Below are positions 18,986 through 27,347 of a stretch of DNA of 54,127 nt, piece after piece (within the stretch, counting starts at the first letter, position 1; the number at the start of each line of letters is the position of its first letter). The position numbers and the translations under genes were made by a program. The stretch covers positions 1-54,127 of the forward strand of contig CAYQDZ010000002.1 in NCBI GenBank assembly GCA_964416375.1, written 5' to 3'. The notes beneath the pieces were generated by a model, which saw only the letters and a list, made by a program, of their open reading frames with translations, did not search any database and was not told the origin of the DNA. This DNA is from an uncultured Bacteroidales bacterium (GTDB lineage: Bacteria; Bacteroidota; Bacteroidia; Bacteroidales; UBA10428).

Positions 18986-20215
18986 TTATTCTGATTTTGA
19001 AAATACAATTGATGTATCGCAACCCCCAAATCCAAATGAGTTTGATAATACATGATTTATCTTTTTCCTGGAGTATTTAGTAACCGGAACCAACATGGTG
19101 TCTTCAATAGGATTAGAAAATCGCAAATTGCTATATACTTCATTATGTAATATAGATGTTGCTGAAAATACAGCTTCAACAGCACCGGATGCTCCAAGGC
19201 AATGACCGGTAAATGATTTCGTTGAACTGAAATCAGGCATATTGTTTTTGAATATTTTTTTCATGGCAATGCTTTCGGTCAGGTCATTATTGTCGGTACC
19301 TGTGCCATGTACATTAATGTAATCAATTTCATGTTCATTTATTCCGGCTGTTTTGATAGCAGTACTCATTGCTTTGAAAGGGCCCCGGCCATCCGGGGAA
19401 GAAGCAGTCTGATGAAAGGCATCATTGGAATTTCCGTATCCTGCAACTTTGCATATAGGGTTTACTCCTCTTCTCTTGGCTGATTCTGCAGATTCAATGA
19501 ACAGAAAAGCTGCTCCTTCACCGAGGTTGAGTCCTTTCCGGTTGTCAGAAAAGGGTTTGCAGGGCTCCCGATCCAAAATCATCAGAGAGCGAAATCCATT
19601 GAATGTAAAAAGGGACAGGGCATCACTTCCTCCAACCAACACGGTATCAAGCAGATTGTGCCGAATCATCCGTGCGCCAAGCATAATAGCATTTGCGGCA
19701 GATGAACAGGCTGTGCTTATAGTATTTGAATAGTGAGCCATGCCAAAAAATCTGGCCAGGCAGGAGGTTGTAAAACCACAATGATGGCTTGAGATGAATT
19801 CATCCGGATGTTTCCCCTGGAAATATAAAAGTTCTGTTTTGTCCATCCCACCTACGGTAGTACCCAGAATAATCCCGTTTCTGCTTTCCGTTATGTCGTT
19901 AATTTTTGCTGATTCAAGAGTTTCTTTTGCTGCCTTTAATGCAAGTAATGTAGTTCTGGGAAGTTCTTCGGGTATATTCAAAAGCTCCTTCAAATCTTTA
20001 TTTGAAAAAGCAACTTCTCCTGCTACAAAATCCTTTTTATGGACAGTTTGCAGGGAATGAATGGTTTGTATGCCGGATTGATCCCCTCGCAGGGACTCCA
20101 GACATTCTCCCAGATTATTTCCTATGGATGTAATGATCCCCAAACCGGTAACCAAAACATCCTTTTCTATACTATCTTGGGATTTGGTCATTTCTCTATT
20201 CAAACTGTCCGACAT
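18986..20215 (-). CDS. beta-ketoacyl-ACP synthase (KS I/II type)
   Basis: Cys-His-His triad contexts STACSSAANA, VHGTGT and TGHCLGASG, with a C-terminal SNSFGFGG. The preferred start, ATG at 20215, forms TGATG with the upstream stop. The track ORF N-terminal extension to 20347 looks spurious. Confidence 0.85.
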   Translation of the reverse strand: MSDSLNREMTKSQDSIEKDVLVTGLGIITSIGNNLGECLESLRGDQSGIQTIHSLQTVHKKDFVAGEVAFSNKDLKELLNIPEELPRTTLLALKAAKETLESAKINDITESRNGIILGTTVGGMDKTELLYFQGKHPDEFISSHHCGFTTSCLARFFGMAHYSNTISTACSSAANAIMLGARMIRHNLLDTVLVGGSDALSLFTFNGFRSLMILDREPCKPFSDNRKGLNLGEGAAFLFIESAESAKRRGVNPICKVAGYGNSNDAFHQTASSPDGRGPFKAMSTAIKTAGINEHEIDYINVHGTGTDNNDLTESIAMKKIFKNNMPDFSSTKSFTGHCLGASGAVEAVFSATSILHNEVYSNLRFSNPIEDTMLVPVTKYSRKKINHVLSNSFGFGGCDTSIVFSKSE

Positions 20216-20838
20216 CAAAATGAAAATTCGTTCAACAACTGCAATGGCGTAAATTTTCTGGTTTTTATTTCTGTTTTTTCTGCAACCAGCCATAAACTTA
20301 CATGATAATCTGATGAAGAAATATAATCCGTCCATCCTGTTAGACAAAGCTCTGTCTGAGAGGAAGAAAACAACATAACAACCTGATCTGAAAGATTTTC
20401 AGGATTAAATTTTTTTTCCACCATAAAGAGATTTTCTCCTCTCCATTCCTTTCTAATGGAGATTTCCCCGATGGCAATGTTTGGAAGTGTATATACAAAT
20501 ACTGCAGGACTTGGAATTTTGTTTAGTGTGTTTGTGAAATTTATATCCGTGGCTAAAGTAGAACCTGAATTTGATAAGATTATAGCAGTTTCGTTCTGAT
20601 TGCAGGAGCTTAAATCGATATCACGGGTAATGAATTCAGTAGAAAGAAATGTTAACTTACACAGCTTATCCATTTTAAAGAATTTGGGATACTCGCAGTT
20701 GAGCCTTCTGTATAAATCCTTGCTAAATGATGAGAATTCCGGACTGGAATTGTCTGAATATATAACGCGTCCATCGTAAATCACTTTGTTGTTTACGATG
20801 CTAACATTTCGTATTATGTATAGGTTCTTAGTCTTCAT
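20215..20838 (-). CDS. small KS N-terminal-like / hypothetical protein (no catalytic Cys seen)
   Basis: About 207-219 aa, wedged between two KS genes and translationally coupled on both sides. Start candidates are 20838, 20862 and 20874. The family call is tentative. Confidence 0.5.
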   Translation of the reverse strand: MKTKNLYIIRNVSIVNNKVIYDGRVIYSDNSSPEFSSFSKDLYRRLNCEYPKFFKMDKLCKLTFLSTEFITRDIDLSSCNQNETAIILSNSGSTLATDINFTNTLNKIPSPAVFVYTLPNIAIGEISIRKEWRGENLFMVEKKFNPENLSDQVVMLFSSSQTELCLTGWTDYISSSDYHVSLWLVAEKTEIKTRKFTPLQLLNEFSF

Positions 20839-21946
20839 TTTTTTCAAGAAGAATGGCTGCATTACAACCTCCAAATCCTGATGAAAGTTTCAGGCAGCAA
20901 TTCAGTGTTTTTTTCATTGATTTTGTAACCACATGTAAAGGAGAAGCAACTCCAGGAGTTTCTGTTCCAAGGGATTTGTAAAGCATTCCATTGAGAATGG
21001 AATGTTTTGTCAATATGGTTTCTATTACTCCTGCAGCTCCTAATGTGTGACCAAAATAACCCTTAAAGCTATTGACAGGGATATCACTGAGATGCAGTCT
21101 GTTAATGGCATGGCTTTCCATATCGTCGTTGTACAAAGTAGCTGTGCCGTGTGCTGATATGAAATCGATTGGCCGCTTGTCTTGCAAAGCATGACTGGCT
21201 GCCAGGTAAAGTCCTTCTCCGGTGCGCGACGGACCGGAAATATGATTGGCATCATTGGCTGAAGCTCCATGAACGAGTTTTATACTGTCTGGTCTTTTTT
21301 CTTTCGTTACTACAATTGTCCCTGCACCTTCACCAAGCGATAATCCGTCTCTGTTTGCATCAAAGGGCCGGCATGGAGTTTCACTCATGGATTTGAAGGA
21401 TTCAAAACCTGCAACCACAAATTCAGTAACAATGTCGGCACCGGTTACCACTACCTGATCATATTTACCACTATCGATATACCTCTTCGCTATGATCAGG
21501 GCAAGTACGCCTGAAATACAAGCGTTGCAGACAACAATGGGAGAACTGACAAAACCGAATAGACTTGCAATTTTTGTTGCCGTGTTATGCAGAAGAATCT
21601 GGGCAGAGGGTTTCTCATCTGGTTTCAGTAACTCAATATTTCCTTTTGTTGTTGACAGAATAAAAAGTGATCGTGGTGAACCAGGGTCAAAATCAGAATT
21701 TTGTATAGCCTGATGTAATGACAGAGATGCTAAACTTTCAAAGCCTGTGAAATTAATACCGGCGAAGATCTGAGTTATTTCATCCCTGACTTTTTCCATG
21801 TTTACCAGGGATAATGGAGCTTTGGAAAAGTTTTGGAAAGGATGGTTGTAACCAATTCCCGTAGTTTCTTTTTCAATGATTGAAATAACTTCCTGTGTTG
21901 TGCTCCCCAAAGAGGTGATAATATTGTCACTTGTCAGATATGCCAT
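20828..21946 (-). CDS. beta-ketoacyl-ACP synthase (KS I/II type)
   Basis: Triad contexts CNACISGV, SAHGTAT and FGHTLGAAG, with a C-terminal SSGFGGCN. I prefer ATG at 21946 (MAYLTSDNII), 1 nt after the thioesterase stop. The track ORF starts at 21988. Confidence 0.85.
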   Translation of the reverse strand: MAYLTSDNIITSLGSTTQEVISIIEKETTGIGYNHPFQNFSKAPLSLVNMEKVRDEITQIFAGINFTGFESLASLSLHQAIQNSDFDPGSPRSLFILSTTKGNIELLKPDEKPSAQILLHNTATKIASLFGFVSSPIVVCNACISGVLALIIAKRYIDSGKYDQVVVTGADIVTEFVVAGFESFKSMSETPCRPFDANRDGLSLGEGAGTIVVTKEKRPDSIKLVHGASANDANHISGPSRTGEGLYLAASHALQDKRPIDFISAHGTATLYNDDMESHAINRLHLSDIPVNSFKGYFGHTLGAAGVIETILTKHSILNGMLYKSLGTETPGVASPLHVVTKSMKKTLNCCLKLSSGFGGCNAAILLEKNED

Positions 21947-21947
21947 A

Positions 21948-22382
21948 TTATGAATCGAGCAACCCCCATTTTCTTTTCCATTCTGCAATAAACCCCGGGA
22001 GAATCAATAACAGATTACCTTCGACATCTGTGAATACCTGGACCGTTTTGCCTTCTGCGGCCAGTTTTTTATTTTCGGAACGCAATACCTTATATTTCAA
22101 AATTATTTTTGCTGCAGGATTATTAACAAAACTGGTTTCAATCGTTAATTTTTCCCCATACCTCACGTAGCTTTTATAATCGCATTGAATTGAGACCACT
22201 GGCGTTGCAATGCTTTCTCTTTTGAGATCAGTATAACAGAGTCCGTGTTTTACACCGAAATCTTCACGTCCGATTTCAAAATATTTAATATAATTTCCGT
22301 GCCATACAATTCCCAACGGATCAAGTTCGTGGAATCTAACTTCGATTTCTGTCGTCGATTTAAGAAGTATCTCTTCTCCCAT
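21948..22382 (-). CDS. 4HBT/YbgC-type hotdog acyl-CoA/ACP thioesterase
   Basis: 144 aa. VRFHELDPLGIVWHGNYIKYFEIGRED matches the YbgC-like signature (VRxxDxDxxGxVxHxNYxxYFE). Confidence 0.8.
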   Translation of the reverse strand: MGEEILLKSTTEIEVRFHELDPLGIVWHGNYIKYFEIGREDFGVKHGLCYTDLKRESIATPVVSIQCDYKSYVRYGEKLTIETSFVNNPAAKIILKYKVLRSENKKLAAEGKTVQVFTDVEGNLLLILPGFIAEWKRKWGLLDS

Positions 22383-22386
22383 GACA

Positions 22387-22400
22387 CAAAAATAACATTA
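22387..22400 (-). promoter_or_regulatory. candidate Bacteroidota -7 promoter box (TATTTTTG) within a 14-nt motif shared with the cluster's first promoter
   Basis: The minus strand reads TAATGTTATTTTTG, ending 4 nt before the thioesterase ATG. An identical 14-mer occurs at 28938-28951, upstream of the ammonia-lyase gene. Confidence 0.3.
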
Positions 22401-22460
22401 TAGGCTATAGGCTACTTACAAATTTTTAAAAATTTCAGATTTACGATCAATTCGTGTTTC

Positions 22461-22498
22461 TAACCTGCATTATTCATTTTTATGAATAATGCAGGCTA
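22461..22498. repeat. perfect 14-bp inverted repeat hairpin (CCTGCATTATTCAT-TTTT-ATGAATAATGCAGG), intact copy of a repeat family
   Basis: Arms at 22464-22477 and 22482-22495 with a 4-nt TTTT spacer. The same arms recur at 31868-31883 and 32070-32085. Confidence 0.75.
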
Positions 22499-22623
22499 AA
22501 ACAGAAATGTCGGGGGAATTTACAATAAGATAAAATCGATTTTATAACTACCGGCCGCAAAGTTATTGTTGTTGTGAAGAACAGGTGTGTACCCCTGGAA
22601 AAGAGTGTCATATAGATTCAGTA

Positions 22624-22664
22624 TAAAAAATAAACAAAAAATCCGGATAGTTTTATCCGGATTT
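22624..22664 (-). terminator. rho-independent terminator after the first sub-operon of the pigment cluster
   Basis: Minus strand: ATCCGGATA, loop AAAC, TATCCGGAT, followed by TTTTTTGTTTATTTTTT. The hairpin begins about 20 nt after the dehydratase stop at 22685. Confidence 0.6.
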
Positions 22665-22684
22665 TCATTCTGAAGAGATAACAT

Positions 22685-23116
22685 TCAATCTTTCAGTAAA
22701 TTATCAATAATAAAAATATTCATTTGACAAGTTGCAACAGGTTTTCCCTTATCAAATATTGTGCCTTCAATAATCAAAGCATTTTCAAATGTTGTGATGA
22801 ATTTTACTGCAGTATTTATTGTACTGCCAACTTTTGGACGGGTAATAACTTTCAATGTTTTAACGGATCCAATGTATCCTGTTTTCGGATCGGTATTTTT
22901 TTGTTTCATATGGTAACCTGCACCTGCAGCAACCGATTGAGCAATGTTTTCAATCATCCCTGCTTCATAAAAGACACCTCCCTCACAGAAGAGATTATCT
23001 TTCCGAATACCAAAACTGGTTAGGGTTTGATTATCGGTTATTGAAAGGATCTTATCGACCATAACAAAAGGAGGTCGCTGGGGTATGTATTCCAATATAT
23101 CGGTTTGCTCAAACAT
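22685..23116 (-). CDS. hotdog-fold FabZ-like dehydratase
   Basis: 143 aa. The N-terminal IPQRPPFVMVDKI resembles the FabZ LPHRYPFLLVD motif. Confidence 0.75.
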   Translation of the reverse strand: MFEQTDILEYIPQRPPFVMVDKILSITDNQTLTSFGIRKDNLFCEGGVFYEAGMIENIAQSVAAGAGYHMKQKNTDPKTGYIGSVKTLKVITRPKVGSTINTAVKFITTFENALIIEGTIFDKGKPVATCQMNIFIIDNLLKD

Positions 23117-23122
23117 ATCAGA

Positions 23123-24181
23123 TTAACTGCATTTGATCAAAGTATGACTAATGCCAATGTTATTCCATTCATTTTCTATTTTAAGCCCTGCTTCTTCAAT
23201 CATCTGGTACATATCATTTGAATGATACATCTGACTTGTTCCGTTTGCCAGGCAGGTAAAATAGAGTGATGTGGCATGCAGGGAATACATGGATGCCGGA
23301 TATTTTTGCTTGTCCCAATAGGTTTCAAGAATGTATACAACACCATTCCGATTTAAAGATCTTTTTGCCTTTTTAAGTAGTTGAACAATATCGTCGGGAG
23401 GAAAGCAATCCAGAAATTGACTCATCCAGGCGGCATCAAATCCTTCAGGATAGGATTCGGAATGATTGAGTAAGTTCATAGGGACACAGTCGATACGGCT
23501 TTTAAGTTTTTCACCGTCAATTTTTTGTTCTGCCTTTTTCAATTGCCCAGGAAGATCAAGAATTGTCATGTGAACATCAGGATCGGATTTTGCACAGAGG
23601 ATTGAGAATTTACCTGTGTTACCGCCAACATCGAGAATTTGTTTTGGTTTGCTGTTAAAAATAATTTCAAGCAATTCGGGGAAAGCCGTATCGGAATAAT
23701 AATGATCGAATGCAAACCAGCTTTCCTGGGTTTTTGGCGGCAATTCAGAAAGCCCTTCATAAATAGTATCCCATTTTCCAAATTCTTTTAATCCTTCAGG
23801 TTTTCCGTTCCGGATGGATTTTTCCAAATGGAAAAACCCCTGGTAATTAACATCCTGTGTAAAGTCCATATTCACTTCAGTCAGAGGGTCATTCAGAACA
23901 AACCAACCTGTTTTGGTAAGGAAAAACAGCTTATCGCGCACTTGAACCATTTCTAAGCTTATACCAGCCTCAAGAAGAACTTTAGTTCCATAATAAGGAA
24001 GCTTGCATATTTTGGATGTTTCTACAATCGAAAGTCCCTTTTTTCTGTTTTTATGCAATGCTTCAAGGATCCCCAGATTTCTCATACTCAACGCAGCCTG
24101 AAACATAATGGGGCCAAAAGCTATTTTCTGTGCATCATATTTTGCCTTTACTGCTGATTTATCGTCATTGCCGTAATTCAT
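23123..24181 (-). CDS. SAM-dependent (O-)methyltransferase
   Basis: 352 aa. SAM motif I ILDVGGNTGKFS, with an N-terminal dimerisation-like region as in small-molecule O-methyltransferases. Confidence 0.8.
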   Translation of the reverse strand: MNYGNDDKSAVKAKYDAQKIAFGPIMFQAALSMRNLGILEALHKNRKKGLSIVETSKICKLPYYGTKVLLEAGISLEMVQVRDKLFFLTKTGWFVLNDPLTEVNMDFTQDVNYQGFFHLEKSIRNGKPEGLKEFGKWDTIYEGLSELPPKTQESWFAFDHYYSDTAFPELLEIIFNSKPKQILDVGGNTGKFSILCAKSDPDVHMTILDLPGQLKKAEQKIDGEKLKSRIDCVPMNLLNHSESYPEGFDAAWMSQFLDCFPPDDIVQLLKKAKRSLNRNGVVYILETYWDKQKYPASMYSLHATSLYFTCLANGTSQMYHSNDMYQMIEEAGLKIENEWNNIGISHTLIKCS

Positions 24182-24194
24182 AATTGGTATCGAT

Positions 24195-25082
24195 TTATTT
24201 TTCCCAGAAATTATAATAATTAAACCATTGGAGAGGATATTTTCTCATCATTTTTTCGAGTTCTGATGCATACAGTTCAGTTTTTGCTTTTATATCAGCA
24301 AGTTTGGATTTTGGATCAGAAAATTTGATTTTCATAGGTGGAGTGGAATAGAAATGATAGTGGGAGTTCGTTTCTTTCATGGTATGTACAAAACAAAATG
24401 GGACATCAAATTGTGCTGCCAGAAAATATGGACCCAAAGGAAATTTGGCTTTACGGTCAAAAAAATTGCACGGATGTGTTTTGTTATCATGACGAAATCT
24501 GTCTCCATGCATGGCAATCATATCTCCATTTGATAATGCCTCCTTGATGTCATAAATGTGTTGCATATCATCTTCTCTTACGGTGATTATATGGAAACTT
24601 GTTTTTCCTGTGATTTCTTCCATTAACTCTTTCAGGTTTGAACGTTCCCCGTCGTAGATTAAAATGTGCACAGGTCTTTCATACCTTGAAAGAAGATGAC
24701 CTGCAATTTCCCAGTTGCCTGCATGAGCTCCGATGATGATTCCTCCCTTGCCTGCATTTGCCATTTCATAAATGTATTGCTCACCTTCGTGCACATAAGT
24801 GAATTTGCTATGAAAACCTGCGAGGATGGCAAATTTATCCAGTAATATTTTACCAAATGTAAAGTAGTTTCGAAAGATGGATAGTTCTGATTTTACTAAT
24901 CCGTATGATTGTATTTGTCTGAAAAAGAAACGTATGTCTTTTTTCTTAGTAGAAAAGTAAAAGTACAGGGCAACAAACCAAACAAAGAAATATGCTACTC
25001 TGATGTGGATATGTTTGAGAATAAAAATGAAGATTTTATATCCAAGAAGGTTTCCTTTTGATTGTCCGTCCCAATCAGGCAT
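24195..25082 (-). CDS. LpxL/HtrB-like lysophospholipid (lipid A-type) acyltransferase
   Basis: 295 aa. N-terminal TM segment and an HX4(D/E)-like GAHAGNWE motif. Overlaps the ACP gene by 1 nt. Confidence 0.7.
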   Translation of the reverse strand: MPDWDGQSKGNLLGYKIFIFILKHIHIRVAYFFVWFVALYFYFSTKKKDIRFFFRQIQSYGLVKSELSIFRNYFTFGKILLDKFAILAGFHSKFTYVHEGEQYIYEMANAGKGGIIIGAHAGNWEIAGHLLSRYERPVHILIYDGERSNLKELMEEITGKTSFHIITVREDDMQHIYDIKEALSNGDMIAMHGDRFRHDNKTHPCNFFDRKAKFPLGPYFLAAQFDVPFCFVHTMKETNSHYHFYSTPPMKIKFSDPKSKLADIKAKTELYASELEKMMRKYPLQWFNYYNFWEK

Positions 25083-25324
25083 TATTGAAGTTTTGACAGA
25101 ATATAATTATATAAATCGTCGAGTGTATTTACATTAATCATATCATCACCTTTGATCTTAAACCCGAATTCCTTCTCAATCTCAACAGCAATATCGACAA
25201 AATCAAGGCTTTCTATATCGAGATCATCACGAAGACTTGATGTTGCATCAATTCTTTCCGGTTCAAGTTCAAATTCATCGATCAAAAAATCATTTACTTT
25301 TGAGATTACTTCTTCTTTATTCAT
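25082..25324 (-). CDS. acyl carrier protein
   Basis: 80 aa, acidic. The phosphopantetheine attachment context is DLDIESLDFVDI. Confidence 0.85.
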   Translation of the reverse strand: MNKEEVISKVNDFLIDEFELEPERIDATSSLRDDLDIESLDFVDIAVEIEKEFGFKIKGDDMINVNTLDDLYNYILSKLQ

Positions 25325-25356
25325 TCCTGAAATTATTATAATTCAACTCTAAATAA

Positions 25357-26574
25357 CTAAATTTTTTTCACAATTACTGTAGAATTTGTACCTCCAAATC
25401 CAAATGAGTTGGATAAGAAAGTATTTATTTTCGCAGAAATGGGCTTATTAATTACATTGATTTGTTTTGAATGTTCATCAGGTTTTTTAAAATTAATATT
25501 GGGAGCTATAAAACCATGATGCATCATTAACAATGAATAAATAACCTCACTGGCACCACCCATCCACATTTCATGACCAGTCATTGATTTAGTTGAACTA
25601 ACAGGAGTTTTGTATTTTCCAAACACACGTGCAAGCGCCTGTGCTTCAGCAGAGTCACCTACAGGGGTAGATGTAGCATGTGCATTAATATAGTCAATTT
25701 TATCAGCTGAAAGATTTGCATCTTTCAGCGAATTAATAAGCGATGTGTAAGGTCCTTCAACATTTGGAACTGAAATATGACCTCCATTTGAAGAAAAGCC
25801 ATATCCAATAACTTCACCTAATATATTAGCGCCACGCTTAACCGCGTGTTCGTATTCTTCTAATATAAGAGTTGCAGCACCACCACTTGGGACCAATCCG
25901 TCACGACTGGCATCAAAAGGGCGGGAAGCCTTTTTGGGATCACTTTCATGGACAGAAAAAGCATTCAATCCGTCAAAACTGCATGTAGATTCAGGATTTA
26001 GTTCCTGGGCACCTCCACAGATAATCATTTTCTGCATACCGTTCTTGATGAAAACGTATCCAAGTCCGATGGCATGAGAGCCACTTGCACAGGCAGCGCT
26101 TACGGTAAAATTTATCCCCTTCAGTTTGAAAATAACGGCAAGATTCATGGTTACGGTAGAGTTCATGGATTGAAATATTGAACCGGAACCAATCATCATG
26201 GTATTTTTCTTTTCACGCAAACAATCAATAGCTTCAATTATGGGTACTGATGAACTATCATTACCATAAAGAACCCCAACTTCATTATTTTCCATAAAGT
26301 TCTCATCAATCTTTGCGTTGGAAATGGCCTCCTTGGTAGCTATATAAGCATATTCACCCTGTTCAGGCAAACATACTCTCATGCGTCGCGGAATTTCACC
26401 TTTCAACTGAGGCCTTTCAAGTATGCCTGTAAGAGCCGATCGGAATCCCATTTCTTTTCTGATCGGGTCGATACCTATTCCTGATTTCCCTTCTTTTAAG
26501 GAACGAGTTACTTCATCAAGGGTTTTTCCGATTACTGAATATATACCGATTCCAGTTATTACAACTCTTTTCAC
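25357..26574 (-). CDS. beta-ketoacyl-ACP synthase (FabF/FabB-like)
   Basis: 405 aa. MKRVVITGIGI start; triad contexts SAACASGSHA, NAHATSTP and TGHEMWMGG; C-terminal SNSFGFGGTN. Confidence 0.9.
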   Translation of the reverse strand: MKRVVITGIGIYSVIGKTLDEVTRSLKEGKSGIGIDPIRKEMGFRSALTGILERPQLKGEIPRRMRVCLPEQGEYAYIATKEAISNAKIDENFMENNEVGVLYGNDSSSVPIIEAIDCLREKKNTMMIGSGSIFQSMNSTVTMNLAVIFKLKGINFTVSAACASGSHAIGLGYVFIKNGMQKMIICGGAQELNPESTCSFDGLNAFSVHESDPKKASRPFDASRDGLVPSGGAATLILEEYEHAVKRGANILGEVIGYGFSSNGGHISVPNVEGPYTSLINSLKDANLSADKIDYINAHATSTPVGDSAEAQALARVFGKYKTPVSSTKSMTGHEMWMGGASEVIYSLLMMHHGFIAPNINFKKPDEHSKQINVINKPISAKINTFLSNSFGFGGTNSTVIVKKI

Positions 26575-26615
26575 TTGAAATAATTCTTTATTGTGCTATT
26601 TCTATCAATTCAAAT

Positions 26616-27347
26616 TTATGTATACAAACCACCGTTTATTGAAATGACTTCTCCGGTAATATAATTTGCTTTCTCCGACACAAGAAATGATACAATATTT
26701 GCAACTTCCTCAGGTTTTCCAAAGCGATTTAAGGGGATTAATTTTTTTAGAGTATCCTTATCCAGATCCTGAGTCATCTCTGTTTCGATAAATCCAGGAG
26801 CAACTGCATTTACTGTTACTTTCTTTTTTCCCACTTCCTGTGCCAATGCTTTTGTGGCAGCAATTATTCCACCTTTTGCAGCTGAATAATTAACCTGCCC
26901 GGCCATTCCCTTTTGACCGCTTAAAGATACAATATTTACAATTCTGCCAAATTTCTTTAATAGCATATCTTGTATTAATTGCCGGGTCAAGAAGTAGAAA
27001 CCGTTCAGGTTGGTATTTATTACATCATTCCATTGATCAAGTTCCAGCCAGATCAATAGATTATCTTTTCTGATGCCTGCATTGTTAATCAGAACATCAA
27101 TTGTTTTGCCTTCATTATCCGCTTTCCATTTGTTTATAACACGTATCGTCTCTTCATTGTTCGATACGTCAAACTGAAGCAATTCAGCTTTGCCACCATG
27201 GTTAATAATTTCTTTTAATGTGCTTTTGGCAGCAGAATGATTGGAAAGATAATTGATAATCACATGATAATTCTCAGAAGCAAGCTGAAGAGCAATTGCT
27301 TGTCCAATTCCTCTGGAACCACCTGTTATTAAAGCAATTTTATTCAT
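26616..27347 (-). CDS. 3-oxoacyl-ACP reductase (SDR, FabG-like ketoreductase)
   Basis: 243 aa with TGGSRGIG, NNAG and YSAAK motifs. Overlaps the ammonia-lyase stop by 4 nt. Confidence 0.9.
   Translation of the reverse strand: MNKIALITGGSRGIGQAIALQLASENYHVIINYLSNHSAAKSTLKEIINHGGKAELLQFDVSNNEETIRVINKWKADNEGKTIDVLINNAGIRKDNLLIWLELDQWNDVINTNLNGFYFLTRQLIQDMLLKKFGRIVNIVSLSGQKGMAGQVNYSAAKGGIIAATKALAQEVGKKKVTVNAVAPGFIETEMTQDLDKDTLKKLIPLNRFGKPEEVANIVSFLVSEKANYITGEVISINGGLYT

Noticed and set aside
20216-20347. N-terminal 44-codon extension of the KS ORF (track start 20347). There are similar extensions at 18982-19053, 21947-21988, 33384-33512 and 35656-35682.
   Set aside because: The extensions overlap the upstream gene or precede the obvious signal peptide or Rossmann start. 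Internal ATGs give tight 1-4 nt gene junctions (for example TGATG at 20213-20217).
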